This document shows, piece by piece, positions 1-8,640 of a stretch of 33,587 nt of DNA. The notes under the pieces are model-generated. The model worked only from the letters and a program-made list of their open reading frames with translations. It was not told the DNA's origin and did not search any database. Position 1 is the stretch's first letter. Every line of letters begins with the position of its first letter. Source of the stretch: a virus; the IMG/VR virus record IMGVR_UViG_3300045988_171205; one strand, given 5' to 3'. A program made the translations under genes and the position numbers.

Positions 1-135
1 ATGAAAGAAACATTTAAAGAAAAAGTTGCTAGTGAATTAAGAGCATTTAGAGCAATATGCATAGATATGATTAAAAATGAATCACAACAGACAGGAGGTA
101 TATATGAAAAAACCAGTAAAAAAACTTTCGGCAAG
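1..135 (+). CDS. small early ORF (44 aa), first gene downstream of the PR-like promoter. Its first 55 nt are duplicated at 33533..33587 at the circular junction
   Basis: ATG at 1 (= 33533) lies 5 nt after GGAGGT (33523-33528) and downstream of TTGACT-17-TATAAT. No recognisable domain. Confidence 0.3.
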
Positions 136-355
136 TGAGACACTTGAAATATTAGATAATCAATGGGCTTCTATTGAAGATATAATGAAACTTGCTTTTA
201 TTGGAGAAACAAGGGCAAGAACTATTGCAAGTAATATTTCAAATAAAGTATTGGAAAAAGGATATATATTGCCAAAGGGATTAATTCCTATGGAATTATT
301 AAAAGAGTATTTAGGCATTAACATTGCTTATTTAAAGAAAGTTAGTGGGAGGTAA
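104..355 (+). CDS. small early protein, possible DNA-binding (Cro/Xis-like) protein
   Basis: ATG at 104 follows an AGGAGG SD (95-100). The longer ORF 77..355 lacks an SD. The 83-aa product has a helix-turn-helix-like segment (ETLEIL...IEDIMKLAFIGETRARTIASNI). Position is immediately after the operator-controlled early promoter. Confidence 0.35.
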   Translation: MKKPVKKLSASETLEILDNQWASIEDIMKLAFIGETRARTIASNISNKVLEKGYILPKGLIPMELLKEYLGINIAYLKKVSGR

Positions 356-360
356 TCAGA

Positions 361-642
361 ATGAAAAAGAAAAAAATTAAAGTTATAAATATATTTAAAT
401 TAATTATTTTAGCTGCTTGTTTAGGATTAATAATTTATGATCTTTATATGATATTAATCTATCCTATAGTCAATAAAGTTTTAGTAAATTGGACTATGTT
501 TGGAGGCTTAACATTTTCTTTAGCAGTAATTATTAGTTTAAATATTATAGAGCAAATAAAAAAGTGTGTCCACTCTTCAAAACGACACACTATAAAAAGG
601 CATTCAATTGCTTTTTACATACTTAATTTTATCACAAATTAA
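361..642 (+). CDS. small membrane protein (2-3 predicted TM segments)
   Basis: Hydrophobic stretches IFKLIILAACLGLIIYDLYMILIYPIV and MFGGLTFSLAVIISLNII. Starts 6 nt after the upstream stop. Confidence 0.45.
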   Translation: MKKKKIKVINIFKLIILAACLGLIIYDLYMILIYPIVNKVLVNWTMFGGLTFSLAVIISLNIIEQIKKCVHSSKRHTIKRHSIAFYILNFITN

Positions 643-686
643 TGTATGTGTCAAATCTTTAGTGGGTTTTGGGGAAAGGAAATAGA

Positions 687-1448
687 ATGGAAGAAAAACC
701 AAATTATTATTCAGTTATACCAGCAATAGTAAGGTATGATAATGAATTAAAACCAAATGAAAAATTACTATATGGTGAAATAACTTCTTTAACCAATAAA
801 AATAATGAATGTTGGGCTACTAATAGTTATTTTGCTAGATTATATAATGTTAACTCTGCAACAATTTCTAGGTGGATCAGTCATTTAAAAGAAAAAGGCT
901 ATGTAGTAGTAGAGTTTATTTATAAAAATGAAACTAAAGAAATAGAAAAAAGAGTTATAAAAATAATAGGAGTTCCTATTAATCAACCAATGAATACCTA
1001 TATGTTAAATAATCAAGAGGTATTGACTGAAAAGTCAAAGGGGTATATACAAAAAAGTCAAGAGGGTATTGACAAAAAAGTCAAAGAGAATAATACAAGT
1101 ATTAATAATACAAGTATTAATATAAAAGAAATAAATAAAGAAAGATTTGAACTATTTTGGAAAGAGTATCCAAAAAAGGTAAATAAGTTTAAATCTGAAG
1201 AATGGTTTAATAAAAATAATTTAACAGATGAACAATTCGATTTAATTATAACTAAACTTAAAAAGTTTAAAGACACATCTGATTGGAAAAAAGATAATGG
1301 CAAATATATACCTTATCCTATAACCTGGTTAAATCAAAAAAGATGGGAAGATGAAGTAATAACAATATCAGAAAGCAATAATCCTAATAATATCGTTAAA
1401 TATTCAGATGAATGGTGGAATAAGTTAGGAAGTGATTCAAATGACTAA
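687..1448 (+). CDS. phage replication initiator / replisome organizer: N-terminal HTH DnaD-like domain plus conserved phage C-terminal domain
   Basis: ATG 687 follows GGGGAAAGGA. The track start 669 is TTG. N-terminus YYSVIPAIVRYDNELKPNEKLLYGEITSL...NSATISRWISHLKEKGYV is HTH-like. C-terminus FELFWKEYPKK...KYIPYPITWLNQKRWEDE matches the conserved C-terminal domain of phage replication proteins. Iteron-like repeats sit inside the gene. Confidence 0.55.
   Translation: MEEKPNYYSVIPAIVRYDNELKPNEKLLYGEITSLTNKNNECWATNSYFARLYNVNSATISRWISHLKEKGYVVVEFIYKNETKEIEKRVIKIIGVPINQPMNTYMLNNQEVLTEKSKGYIQKSQEGIDKKVKENNTSINNTSINIKEINKERFELFWKEYPKKVNKFKSEEWFNKNNLTDEQFDLIITKLKKFKDTSDWKKDNGKYIPYPITWLNQKRWEDEVITISESNNPNNIVKYSDEWWNKLGSDSND
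1013..1130. repeat. iteron-like tandem repeats (three ~23-bp units AAAAAGTCAARGRGKTAT... at 1029-1096 plus a partial unit, then 2 x 15-bp AATACAAGTATTAAT) inside the replisome organizer gene. Candidate phage origin of replication
   Basis: Direct reading: gaaaagtcaaaggggtatatac / aaaaaagtcaagagggtattgac / aaaaaagtcaaagagaataatac. GTCAA...TTGAC inverted elements are present. Confidence 0.5.
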
Positions 1449-1983
1449 AGAGCAAACAAAGAATCTCTTTAGAAGAATTAAATCTCATTATCAAGAGTTC
1501 ACTGTAGATGACTTTAAAGTTGATGAATGGTATAAAGAACTTAGAGATTATGATTATGATGATGTTACGAAGAGATTTGAGCTTCATCTTAATTCTGAAG
1601 ATTATGGACAAGTTATTCCTAAACTATGGTTTTTGAAAAAAGGACTTATAACTATTGGTGAAAAAAAAGAATCTAAAGTTTTTAAGTCTCAGGTAATATG
1701 TCAAATATGTGGTGAGCCGATACCTTTAAGAGGTTATGACATTCACTATTCAAAATGTTCCGCTATTGATTATATGCAAAAACAAATTAAAAAGATTTAT
1801 GGCAAAGATACACCTCGTGAATTATTAGAGAGAATGACAGATGAAGAATTTAATATTAAATATAACACTTTATTATCTATAGTTCAAAATAAAACTAATG
1901 ATCTCTTTCAAAAAAGATTAATCGAAGAAATATTACATCCAGGAACTGGCTTAACCGTTAATGAGGTTGTAAAGAATATATGA
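1441..1983 (+). CDS. putative replicative-helicase loader (SPP1 G39P-like N-terminal domain) with C-terminal Cys-rich zinc-ribbon-like segment
   Basis: ATG 1441 lies 8 nt after AGGAAG and overlaps the upstream stop. KEQTKNLFRRIKSHYQEFTVDD...EWYKELRDYDYDDV...IPKLWFL resembles the G39P loader/inhibitor family. CQICGEP...YSKC motif is present. Position is directly after the replisome organizer. Confidence 0.45.
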   Translation: MTKEQTKNLFRRIKSHYQEFTVDDFKVDEWYKELRDYDYDDVTKRFELHLNSEDYGQVIPKLWFLKKGLITIGEKKESKVFKSQVICQICGEPIPLRGYDIHYSKCSAIDYMQKQIKKIYGKDTPRELLERMTDEEFNIKYNTLLSIVQNKTNDLFQKRLIEEILHPGTGLTVNEVVKNI

Positions 1984-2327
1984 TTAGTTATGATGATTTA
2001 TATGAACTAATTCCTAATGACAGATTTATTACTAAAGCTGAATTAATTCAATTAACAGGTTTAAGTGATAGAACACTAAGAGATATGGTTAGTCATATCA
2101 AAATGAGCAAAACAATCATTAGCAACTGTGATAAAAGAGGATATAAAAGAGGAAAAGGAACTGAATTATTAAAAACTATAGATGATATAGAATATGAACT
2201 TGGAATAGTTAAGAAATCTATTAAAGAAATTAACTCAAGAAAAAAAGTATATAACAAACAACTTAGACAATATATCGCTTATATGAAGGTATTAGAAAAA
2301 AGATTGGAGGAATTAAAGAATGGGTAA
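1980..2327 (+). CDS. hypothetical early protein
   Basis: ORF overlaps the upstream stop by 4 nt (translational coupling). No domain recognised. Confidence 0.4.
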   Translation: MISYDDLYELIPNDRFITKAELIQLTGLSDRTLRDMVSHIKMSKTIISNCDKRGYKRGKGTELLKTIDDIEYELGIVKKSIKEINSRKKVYNKQLRQYIAYMKVLEKRLEELKNG

Positions 2328-2562
2328 AGAGATAGTTACTATAGATAGTATTTCATTAGAAATTGCTAAATTATTTAGACTTGAGAGAAAAATTGTTGAA
2401 TTAAGTGCTTCAATAAAAGCGGATCTTGCAGCAAAAGAAAAGTTAAAAAAACAACTTTTTGAAAAGAAGAAAAAAATCTATGAAATGAGAAAGTCCTTAA
2501 TTGAAAGAGGAATATTAAAAGAAGATGAAAAGATAGATAAAGAGGGAGGTAAAAAATGTTAA
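2320..2562 (+). CDS. hypothetical coiled-coil protein
   Basis: GGAGG SD upstream. K/E-rich heptad-like sequence. Confidence 0.4.
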   Translation: MGKEIVTIDSISLEIAKLFRLERKIVELSASIKADLAAKEKLKKQLFEKKKKIYEMRKSLIERGILKEDEKIDKEGGKKC

Positions 2563-3056
2563 ATCTATTTAGAATAAAAAAAGAATATCAAGAAGAAGTT
2601 TCTGCTAATGCTAGTCTTAAAGATAAAATTAATAATTTGAATAAGGAACTGGAAAAAACAAATGCAGAGTTAGGTTTGAAAAATTTAGATAATTATCGGT
2701 TGACTAAAGAAATTCATCGTAAAAATGAACTTATTGAATCTAAAGTACAAGAAAATATTTGTTTAGAAAATAAATTAAATATGTTAAATCAAAAATATCA
2801 AAAATTGATTGGAAGAGTAGGAGGTTTAACAAAACAAAGAAATGCTTCATTTCAAACAATAAATATATTTAAAGATATGCTTGCTTTTAAAGATAGAGAT
2901 CTAAAACAAGCGGCAACTATAATTCAAAACTTAAATATAGAAATGAAAAGTTTAAAAAATAGACCAACAATGAAAGAACTTAAAGAATATGAAATAACTA
3001 GGAAATCGCCTAGAAAAAATAAAAAAAATGATGAAGGAGGAAAAGAAAATGTTTAA
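2556..3056 (+). CDS. hypothetical coiled-coil protein
   Basis: GAGGGAGG SD directly upstream. Long predicted coiled coil. Confidence 0.45.
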   Translation: MLNLFRIKKEYQEEVSANASLKDKINNLNKELEKTNAELGLKNLDNYRLTKEIHRKNELIESKVQENICLENKLNMLNQKYQKLIGRVGGLTKQRNASFQTINIFKDMLAFKDRDLKQAATIIQNLNIEMKSLKNRPTMKELKEYEITRKSPRKNKKNDEGGKENV

Positions 3057-3318
3057 AATTACTAGTGTTAAAACTCAAAGATTAGAAGAAAAGGAAGGAT
3101 CAAAACTAATTGGCTTAGCAAGTGTAGTTGTTGAAAACTGTTTTGCTATTGAAGATATTAGAATAATTGATGGTGATAAGGGAATGTTTATAGCATTTCC
3201 TAGTAGAAAACAATCTACTGGAGAATTTAAAGATGTTTGTCATCCAATTAATACTGAAACAAGAAAAATGTTTGAAGAAGTTATATTTTCTGATTTTAAC
3301 AATAAAGAAGAAGAATAG
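3049..3318 (+). CDS. spoVG: SpoVG-family regulatory protein homolog
   Basis: ATG 3049 follows GAAGGAGGAAAAG. The product aligns along its length with Bacillus SpoVG (IGLASVVVENCFAIEDIRIIDGDKGMFIAFPSRKQSTGEFKDVCHPINTETR versus [41 protein letters not shown].HPIN). Confidence 0.8.
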   Translation: MFKITSVKTQRLEEKEGSKLIGLASVVVENCFAIEDIRIIDGDKGMFIAFPSRKQSTGEFKDVCHPINTETRKMFEEVIFSDFNNKEEE

Positions 3319-3319
3319 T

Positions 3320-3580
3320 ATGAATAAATTGGAAAAGGTTGCTTTAGCAGTACCATTTGTATTAAAACTAAAAATACAAAATAATAGTTTGAAAAGTCAA
3401 AATGAATCATTAAAAAGTACTATTCAGGATGAACTATATAAAACATTTATGAATAAACTTGGTGAGCCTCAAGAAATTGAAAGACTAAAAAAAGAAAATA
3501 GAAACTTAAGAAAAAAAGTAAAAGAACTTAATCAAATGATAAAATCAGAAGCTTATCGAAATGTTAAAAAAAGAAAGTAG
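3320..3580 (+). CDS. hypothetical coiled-coil protein
   Basis: ATG at 3320 immediately after the spoVG stop. The track ORF 3233.. begins inside the spoVG frame overlap. Confidence 0.35.
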   Translation: MNKLEKVALAVPFVLKLKIQNNSLKSQNESLKSTIQDELYKTFMNKLGEPQEIERLKKENRNLRKKVKELNQMIKSEAYRNVKKRK

Positions 3581-3803
3581 GTATCTTATGTTAGATAAAA
3601 ATAAAAAAGATAGATTAGAAGAATTATTAAAAATTGTTTCTATATCTGATGAAGAATTAGAAAAATTAACTTATAAAGAGAAACAAAAATATTATAGAGC
3701 AAAAAATAAATTATGCAAAGTTGTATTTGTTTCAAGAAATAAACAAGGAAAAGGATTAACTTATAGAAAGCCTAAGGAGGTAAGAAATGAAAGAATCGCA
3801 TGA
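3561..3803 (+). CDS. hypothetical protein
   Basis: ORF ends in AAGGAGG, the SD of the next gene. Alternative start is 3588. Confidence 0.35.
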   Translation: MLKKESRYLMLDKNKKDRLEELLKIVSISDEELEKLTYKEKQKYYRAKNKLCKVVFVSRNKQGKGLTYRKPKEVRNERIA

Positions 3804-4386
3804 TATAAAAAGTTTAAATATCAATGTACCTAAAAAAAGTCATTTTACTTCAAAAGGAAATCTGTATCATTGTACTTTTGATCTAATTACAAATAAAAGG
3901 TTGTCTGAAACTGAAAGAACAGTTATACAACAACTTATCAAAAACAATTTATTATTGACAGAAAATGATTCTAAATCCACTGTAAGTAACTTGATCAAAA
4001 TGTGTGAAGATTATCAATTTGAAATAGCAAGATTAAAAAAAGAATTAAGAGAGAAAAAATCAGATGAAGATTTTGTTCCTCTTATAGGTATCATAAAGTC
4101 AGAAGATGATGAATATTTATTTGTTCAATATGATATTTTAGGAATTATTAAAATACCAAAATTGGAATTGACTATATTTAAATTGAAAAATAGTGATGAA
4201 TGTTTTTATAAAACTTTTGGCTTTCAATGGTCTCCAAGTAATGATTTAATTAGTAAAGCAGCCTGTGAAATGTTATTTCAAGTTGCAAAAAACTTTGGTT
4301 CTTGGTGTGCAGAAATATTTACAAAAACAACTTCACTTTTCTCTAGTCCATTTAATAAAGAGAAAACAGATAAAAATGATAAATGA
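3787..4386 (+). CDS. hypothetical protein
   Basis: AAGGAGG SD upstream. 199-aa ORF in an AT-rich genome. Confidence 0.5.
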   Translation: MKESHDIKSLNINVPKKSHFTSKGNLYHCTFDLITNKRLSETERTVIQQLIKNNLLLTENDSKSTVSNLIKMCEDYQFEIARLKKELREKKSDEDFVPLIGIIKSEDDEYLFVQYDILGIIKIPKLELTIFKLKNSDECFYKTFGFQWSPSNDLISKAACEMLFQVAKNFGSWCAEIFTKTTSLFSSPFNKEKTDKNDK

Positions 4387-4507
4387 AGTACTGAAAAAAT
4401 TAAATAAGTTGATAGCAGATGAGCCAAAAATTGGCTCTCTGATATCTGTAATTTTCCTCTTTATTCTAATTGCAATTCTAATGTTAATGTCTATTATCTT
4501 TAATTAA
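4376..4507 (+). CDS. small hydrophobic peptide (43 aa, one TM segment)
   Basis: ATG 4376 overlaps the upstream stop. SLISVIFLFILIAILMLMSIIF is hydrophobic. Confidence 0.3.
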   Translation: MINEVLKKLNKLIADEPKIGSLISVIFLFILIAILMLMSIIFN

Positions 4508-4510
4508 AAT

Positions 4511-4894
4511 ATGTTTTTAATTGAAGAAATAAAGTCTATAATCGGCAAGTTAGATGAAATAGATGATTATTGTGATTCTTTATCAGAGAAAATTAGTCAA
4601 GAAGATCTAAAAGAACAAGATTTATTACATCTAATTGAAAACGAAAAATTAACAACATTTGAATGTTATAGAGTAATTAAGAAAATGAAAAAAATAAGAG
4701 AAGAGAGAAGAAAAATAAAACATGATATTGAAATAGCATCATCATTTAATAAGAGTAAAAACAAACTTATTGCAAAAGAATATAGAAAATTTTTAATAGC
4801 AGATTTGTATAAGAGAGAAAAGCAAATAGGAATAAAGTATAACAATAAATATTACACTTCAGAGGAAATTAAAAAAATTATAAAGAGGAGTTAG
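4511..4894 (+). CDS. hypothetical protein
   Basis: ORF tightly packed with neighbours. K/E-rich C-terminus. Confidence 0.4.
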   Translation: MFLIEEIKSIIGKLDEIDDYCDSLSEKISQEDLKEQDLLHLIENEKLTTFECYRVIKKMKKIREERRKIKHDIEIASSFNKSKNKLIAKEYRKFLIADLYKREKQIGIKYNNKYYTSEEIKKIIKRS

Positions 4895-4896
4895 AT

Positions 4897-5067
4897 ATGG
4901 AAGATGAATTAATAAAAACAATGGAAATATTTAAGATAGAAAATAGACTAGAAATATTAAATAAAAAATTGGAATATTCATTACCATTTGAAAAATGCTA
5001 TATAAGTTTTGAAATAATAAAATTAAAAGAAAAGAGGAACAAAAATGAAAATAAAAGAATTAGATGA
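4897..5067 (+). CDS. small hypothetical protein (56 aa)
   Basis: AAGAGGAG SD lies 7 nt upstream of ATG 4897. Confidence 0.3.
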   Translation: MEDELIKTMEIFKIENRLEILNKKLEYSLPFEKCYISFEIIKLKEKRNKNENKRIR

Positions 5068-5200
5068 ATTAATAAAAATAACCGCAAAGTTAAAGAAACA
5101 ACCAGATATAGAAGAATTTGATGATAATGATACAATAGATGATTTTATAGATTTAGTTAAAAATTATAAAGATTTTTTACACGAAGATGAAGAGGTGTAA
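5045..5200 (+). CDS. small acidic hypothetical protein (51 aa)
   Basis: AAAGAGGAACAAAAATG. Overlaps the previous ORF end. Confidence 0.3.
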   Translation: MKIKELDELIKITAKLKKQPDIEEFDDNDTIDDFIDLVKNYKDFLHEDEEV

Positions 5201-5308
5201 GTAATGATAATGATATATTTTCTGTAATTAGAGTTAAAGATGTATTAAACAAATATAAAGAAATAATAGGCACTGATACGAATGTCGGTAGCAAGGGAGG
5301 AAACGAAG

Positions 5309-5680
5309 ATGAAAACAATAGTATTTGATTTTGATGGTGTTATACATACTGGTTATAATGGTTGGAAAGATGGATCTATTTATGGTGAAATTGACACAAA
5401 TATTATTGACTATATAAAAATACTTATGAAAGATTATTATGTTGTTATATCAAGTAATAGACCAGCTAAACAAATAGTAGAACATATGAAAAAGTTAGAC
5501 TTAGGTGTTGAATTTGAAATATTTAATAAAGACTTAGATAAAAATATGTATTGGAATAAAAAAGGAATTGTTGGAGTAACAAACGAAAAAGCAGTAGGAA
5601 TTCTTTACATTGATGATAGAGGTTACAGATATAGTAATTTAGAAGAATTAAAAATGTTTATAGATAATTTAGGAGAGTGA
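5309..5680 (+). CDS. HAD-superfamily phosphatase/nucleotidase-like protein
   Basis: ATG 5309 follows AAGGGAGG. HAD motif I is FDFDGVIH, motif II VVISSNR, motif III Lys NKKGIVG, motif IV LYIDDRGY. Confidence 0.5.
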   Translation: MKTIVFDFDGVIHTGYNGWKDGSIYGEIDTNIIDYIKILMKDYYVVISSNRPAKQIVEHMKKLDLGVEFEIFNKDLDKNMYWNKKGIVGVTNEKAVGILYIDDRGYRYSNLEELKMFIDNLGE

Positions 5681-5686
5681 TAAATA

Positions 5687-6187
5687 ATGAAATTTAAAGT
5701 AGGAGATAAAGTAATATTAAATAAAAAAATAAAAGATTTTAAGTATGGTCGTGGTTTTGTTAGTTATGATGAGTTAGGAATAATAAAAGGAATAAATGAA
5801 TACCAAGAAATAATAGTTGATTTTCTATCTTGCGATGATTGGAGAGGTTTAGAAAAAGAATTAATATTAGTATCATCAAATAGTAAAAAAACATTCTTCA
5901 AAAAATTACCAAATGATTATACAGGAACAATAGAAGTAGAAAATGGTTATATAGTAGAAAAAGAAATACTAGATGAAGAAGAAAAAGAATATTTAAGTGC
6001 GGTTATTAGACCATTTAGAGATAGGGTTAGATTTATTGCAAAGCGTAGTAACGATGAAGAATATATATTTATTTCAATAAAAAGTGATGCATCATTACCA
6101 TTCCCTTTTTTTAAAAAAGGCACTATGTATAAAGGTATGGAAGCAGATAAAAAATATACACTAAAGGAGTTAGGTTTAGATGAATAA
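5687..6187 (+). CDS. hypothetical protein
   Basis: GGAGAG SD. 166-aa ORF. Confidence 0.45.
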   Translation: MKFKVGDKVILNKKIKDFKYGRGFVSYDELGIIKGINEYQEIIVDFLSCDDWRGLEKELILVSSNSKKTFFKKLPNDYTGTIEVENGYIVEKEILDEEEKEYLSAVIRPFRDRVRFIAKRSNDEEYIFISIKSDASLPFPFFKKGTMYKGMEADKKYTLKELGLDE

Positions 6188-6410
6188 AGATTTAATTGAA
6201 TTTTATGAAAGTAAAAAACAAAAAATTGAAAGAGAAATCCAAGATTTAAACGAGGTTGGTAGAAAATCTCCTAAAAGAGTAAATAGACTTATAGAAATAG
6301 ATTATATTTTAGAGGGATTAGAAGCAAGTCAAATAATTCAAAAATTAAGAAAAGAAAATCATGATTTAAGATGTAGATTAGAAAGAGAAGGAATAGATTT
6401 AGGAGAGTGA
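6180..6410 (+). CDS. hypothetical coiled-coil protein
   Basis: Overlaps the upstream stop (ATGAATAA). GGAG upstream. Confidence 0.4.
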   Translation: MNKDLIEFYESKKQKIEREIQDLNEVGRKSPKRVNRLIEIDYILEGLEASQIIQKLRKENHDLRCRLEREGIDLGE

Positions 6411-6416
6411 TAAGTA

Positions 6417-6686
6417 ATGACTGCTAAAGAGATGTTTGAAATGTTAGGGTATAGACTTGTAGAAGTTGAAAATCCCATAACAGGGGGAATTTACGAATAC
6501 GATATTCAATATGAAAAGTTTGATGGTAGTTTTTATCAACAAATTCTATTTAATAATTCAACAAAATTAATGCATACAAGTTGTGAACTATTTAATAAAA
6601 CAATAGATTTTATATGTTATACGCCCGAATTGTTACAAGCTATCAATAAACAGGTAGAGGAACTAGGATGGAATAAGGAGGACTAA
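6417..6686 (+). CDS. hypothetical protein
   Basis: GGAGAGTGATAAGTAATG. 89 aa. Confidence 0.4.
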   Translation: MTAKEMFEMLGYRLVEVENPITGGIYEYDIQYEKFDGSFYQQILFNNSTKLMHTSCELFNKTIDFICYTPELLQAINKQVEELGWNKED

Positions 6687-6777
6687 ATGTTTATATTATA
6701 TATACCATTAATATTCTGGGGAGTTATTGGTATAGGAGCAATTATTGGATTAATTATGATGATAAAGGGGTGGAAGG

Positions 6778-6984
6778 ATGAATAAGAAAAACAAAATAAT
6801 TATGAGGGCAATCAGTTGGAGAAAAAATCCTGTTGAAAGATTGTTTTGTAAACACGAATATCAATATTATACTAATAATAATCCATTATTAGTAAGTGGA
6901 CAACCTGTTTATCATATTTGCAAAAAATGTGGCAAATATGATAAAACATTATTTTGGGAATATGAAGGAATGGGATTTAAATAA
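6778..6984 (+). CDS. Cys4 zinc-ribbon protein
   Basis: CKHEY...HICKKCGKYD. GGAAGGATG start context. Confidence 0.4.
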   Translation: MNKKNKIIMRAISWRKNPVERLFCKHEYQYYTNNNPLLVSGQPVYHICKKCGKYDKTLFWEYEGMGFK

Positions 6985-7282
6985 AATGACTAAAGAAGAG
7001 TTAAAGTTATATATGCATAAATCTTGTGAAAATATTTTAAAAAAACTAGCAGAAAACCCTGATGAAATGCTTAATTTGAGTGATTTACAAGAAAAATATA
7101 ATAATCTTTTAAAAGAAAAAATTGAGTTAAAAAGACAAATAAAAAAACAAAATGAAGTAATTAATAAAGCAATAAAATATATAAATGAAAATGTATTTTT
7201 AGATGATAATGGTTGTGGCGGTTATTGGTGGGAAATTGCTGATAAAGATAAGTTATTAGATATATTAAAAGAGGTGGAATAA
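6962..7282 (+). CDS. hypothetical protein
   Basis: Same frame as track ORF 6896..7282. Start uncertain (6962 or 6986). Confidence 0.35.
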   Translation: MKEWDLNKMTKEELKLYMHKSCENILKKLAENPDEMLNLSDLQEKYNNLLKEKIELKRQIKKQNEVINKAIKYINENVFLDDNGCGGYWWEIADKDKLLDILKEVE

Positions 7283-7546
7283 ATGAGTAAAGAAGAAATT
7301 GAAGACTATTTAAAAAGAGTTGATGAGTTGGAGACTAAACTAACGGGAGAAGATAAAGAAACTTACGATTGGTTAATTTATGGCTATCATAAATGTATCG
7401 AATTATTAAATGAAGCAGAACAACAATGTAAAAGACAAAAAGAAGTAATAGATAAAATAAACCGTATTTTAAACAACCAAATTAATTATAGAGAGTTTGT
7501 AGATATCGTAAATGCTATTGAAGATGTAGTTAAAGAGGTGGAATAA
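7283..7546 (+). CDS. hypothetical protein
   Basis: GAGGTGGAATAAATG. Translationally coupled. Confidence 0.4.
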   Translation: MSKEEIEDYLKRVDELETKLTGEDKETYDWLIYGYHKCIELLNEAEQQCKRQKEVIDKINRILNNQINYREFVDIVNAIEDVVKEVE

Positions 7547-7887
7547 TGAGTATATATGAAGCAAGTATAACTAATCCTAAAAAGCAACTAGAATTTTATA
7601 AAGATTTATCAGAACAATTACAACGAGAAAATAAAAAAATAAAGAAACAACTTGAAGAATGTTATTGTAATAGAACGGATTGTTCATCAAGAATAAAAAA
7701 TAGCAAAAAATATGATAGTTTAGTTCAAACTCAAGAAGCTCAACAAAAAGAGTTTATAAATTATTTAGAAGCCGAAATAAATAAATGTCAAAGTAATATT
7801 TTTGCAGATGGTGTAAAATATGGCTTTCAATTATCATTATCAAAATATAAAGAGATAATAGGAGAATTAGATGACAAAATCGATTAA
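7546..7887 (+). CDS. hypothetical protein
   Basis: ATG overlaps the upstream TAA (GGAATAATGAG). Same GAGGTGGAATAA context as the previous gene. Confidence 0.4.
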   Translation: MSIYEASITNPKKQLEFYKDLSEQLQRENKKIKKQLEECYCNRTDCSSRIKNSKKYDSLVQTQEAQQKEFINYLEAEINKCQSNIFADGVKYGFQLSLSKYKEIIGELDDKID

Positions 7888-8230
7888 AACTTGTGAAGAA
7901 TTATCAAAGAACACAACAAAGGCAGCAAAATATCTAAAACTTGTTACATCAGAAGAGCATCATGCTGTGGTTAAAGAACATCCGAGAATAAAACATATTA
8001 ACATTACAAATGCTAGTATTATCAAGGGTATGAGCGATGAAACAAAACATAATTTTGCTAATTGTTGCATTGCAAATAGAATAGAACCAGAAGAGGTTAT
8101 TGAAACTATAACCAAAATAGCAAATATAGCAATCAATTGTTCAATAGACTTATGTAACAAATATTTTGAGACTTCAGCTGGTAAGGAATATCTAAATATG
8201 AGGAAAAGAATTGATAGAATAGGAAAATAA
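7871..8230 (+). CDS. hypothetical protein
   Basis: Overlapping start. Cys-containing 119-aa product. Followed by a 125-bp extremely AT-rich intergenic region. Confidence 0.4.
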   Translation: MTKSIKTCEELSKNTTKAAKYLKLVTSEEHHAVVKEHPRIKHINITNASIIKGMSDETKHNFANCCIANRIEPEEVIETITKIANIAINCSIDLCNKYFETSAGKEYLNMRKRIDRIGK

Positions 8231-8355
8231 GAAAAAAATATTAAACGAAACAATTGATATTTTTTAATAAATATAGATTTTTATATGAAAAATAATAAAA
8301 ATAATATATAAATTATTGAATATTTTAAGAATTGTTTATGGAGGTAAATGAATAG

Positions 8356-8640
8356 GTGAAAAAAGAAGAATTAAAAGATTTTTTATATAGCGGTAAAAAT
8401 CAAGAATTAGCTTATCGAAATGAAGTATCCGCATGTTTAAGTGCGATATTAGAAATATTAATGCAAGAAGATTTAACTACTTTTGATAAATTTAAAGAAC
8501 TTAAAAAAAAATACATTGAAGAAATTCAAAATCAACAAATAGAGGCATTGACCGATGAAGATATAGAAAATATTAAAGCTGCTAGCAAATTTAATGATCT
8601 ATTTGAAAATTATTTTAAGAAGGAAAGTGAATATAAATGA
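8356..8640 (+). CDS. hypothetical protein (GTG start)
   Basis: GGAGGT lies 12 nt upstream of GTG 8356. First gene after the AT-rich intergenic region. Confidence 0.35.
   Translation: MKKEELKDFLYSGKNQELAYRNEVSACLSAILEILMQEDLTTFDKFKELKKKYIEEIQNQQIEALTDEDIENIKAASKFNDLFENYFKKESEYK

Noticed and set aside
669-686. TTG start at 669 for the replication initiator (track start)
   Set aside because: ATG at 687 is 7 nt downstream of the G-rich SD (GGGGAAAGGA) and is the more conventional initiation site.
1058-1303. Antisense ORFs inside larger + strand genes (1058..1303, 1396..1611, 7960..8253, 11187..11450, 11604..11852, 12942..13157, 13378..13635, 15137..15433, 16725..16985, 19908..20162, 20789..21007, 20859..21131, 22196..22453, 23791..24009, 25986..26177, 26651..26878, 28189..28410, 28556..28876, 32134..32322)
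   Set aside because: They lie entirely within confidently assigned genes on the opposite strand or frame, and have Phe/Leu/Ile/Ser-rich low-complexity translations typical of antisense reading of AT-rich coding DNA. None has an SD.
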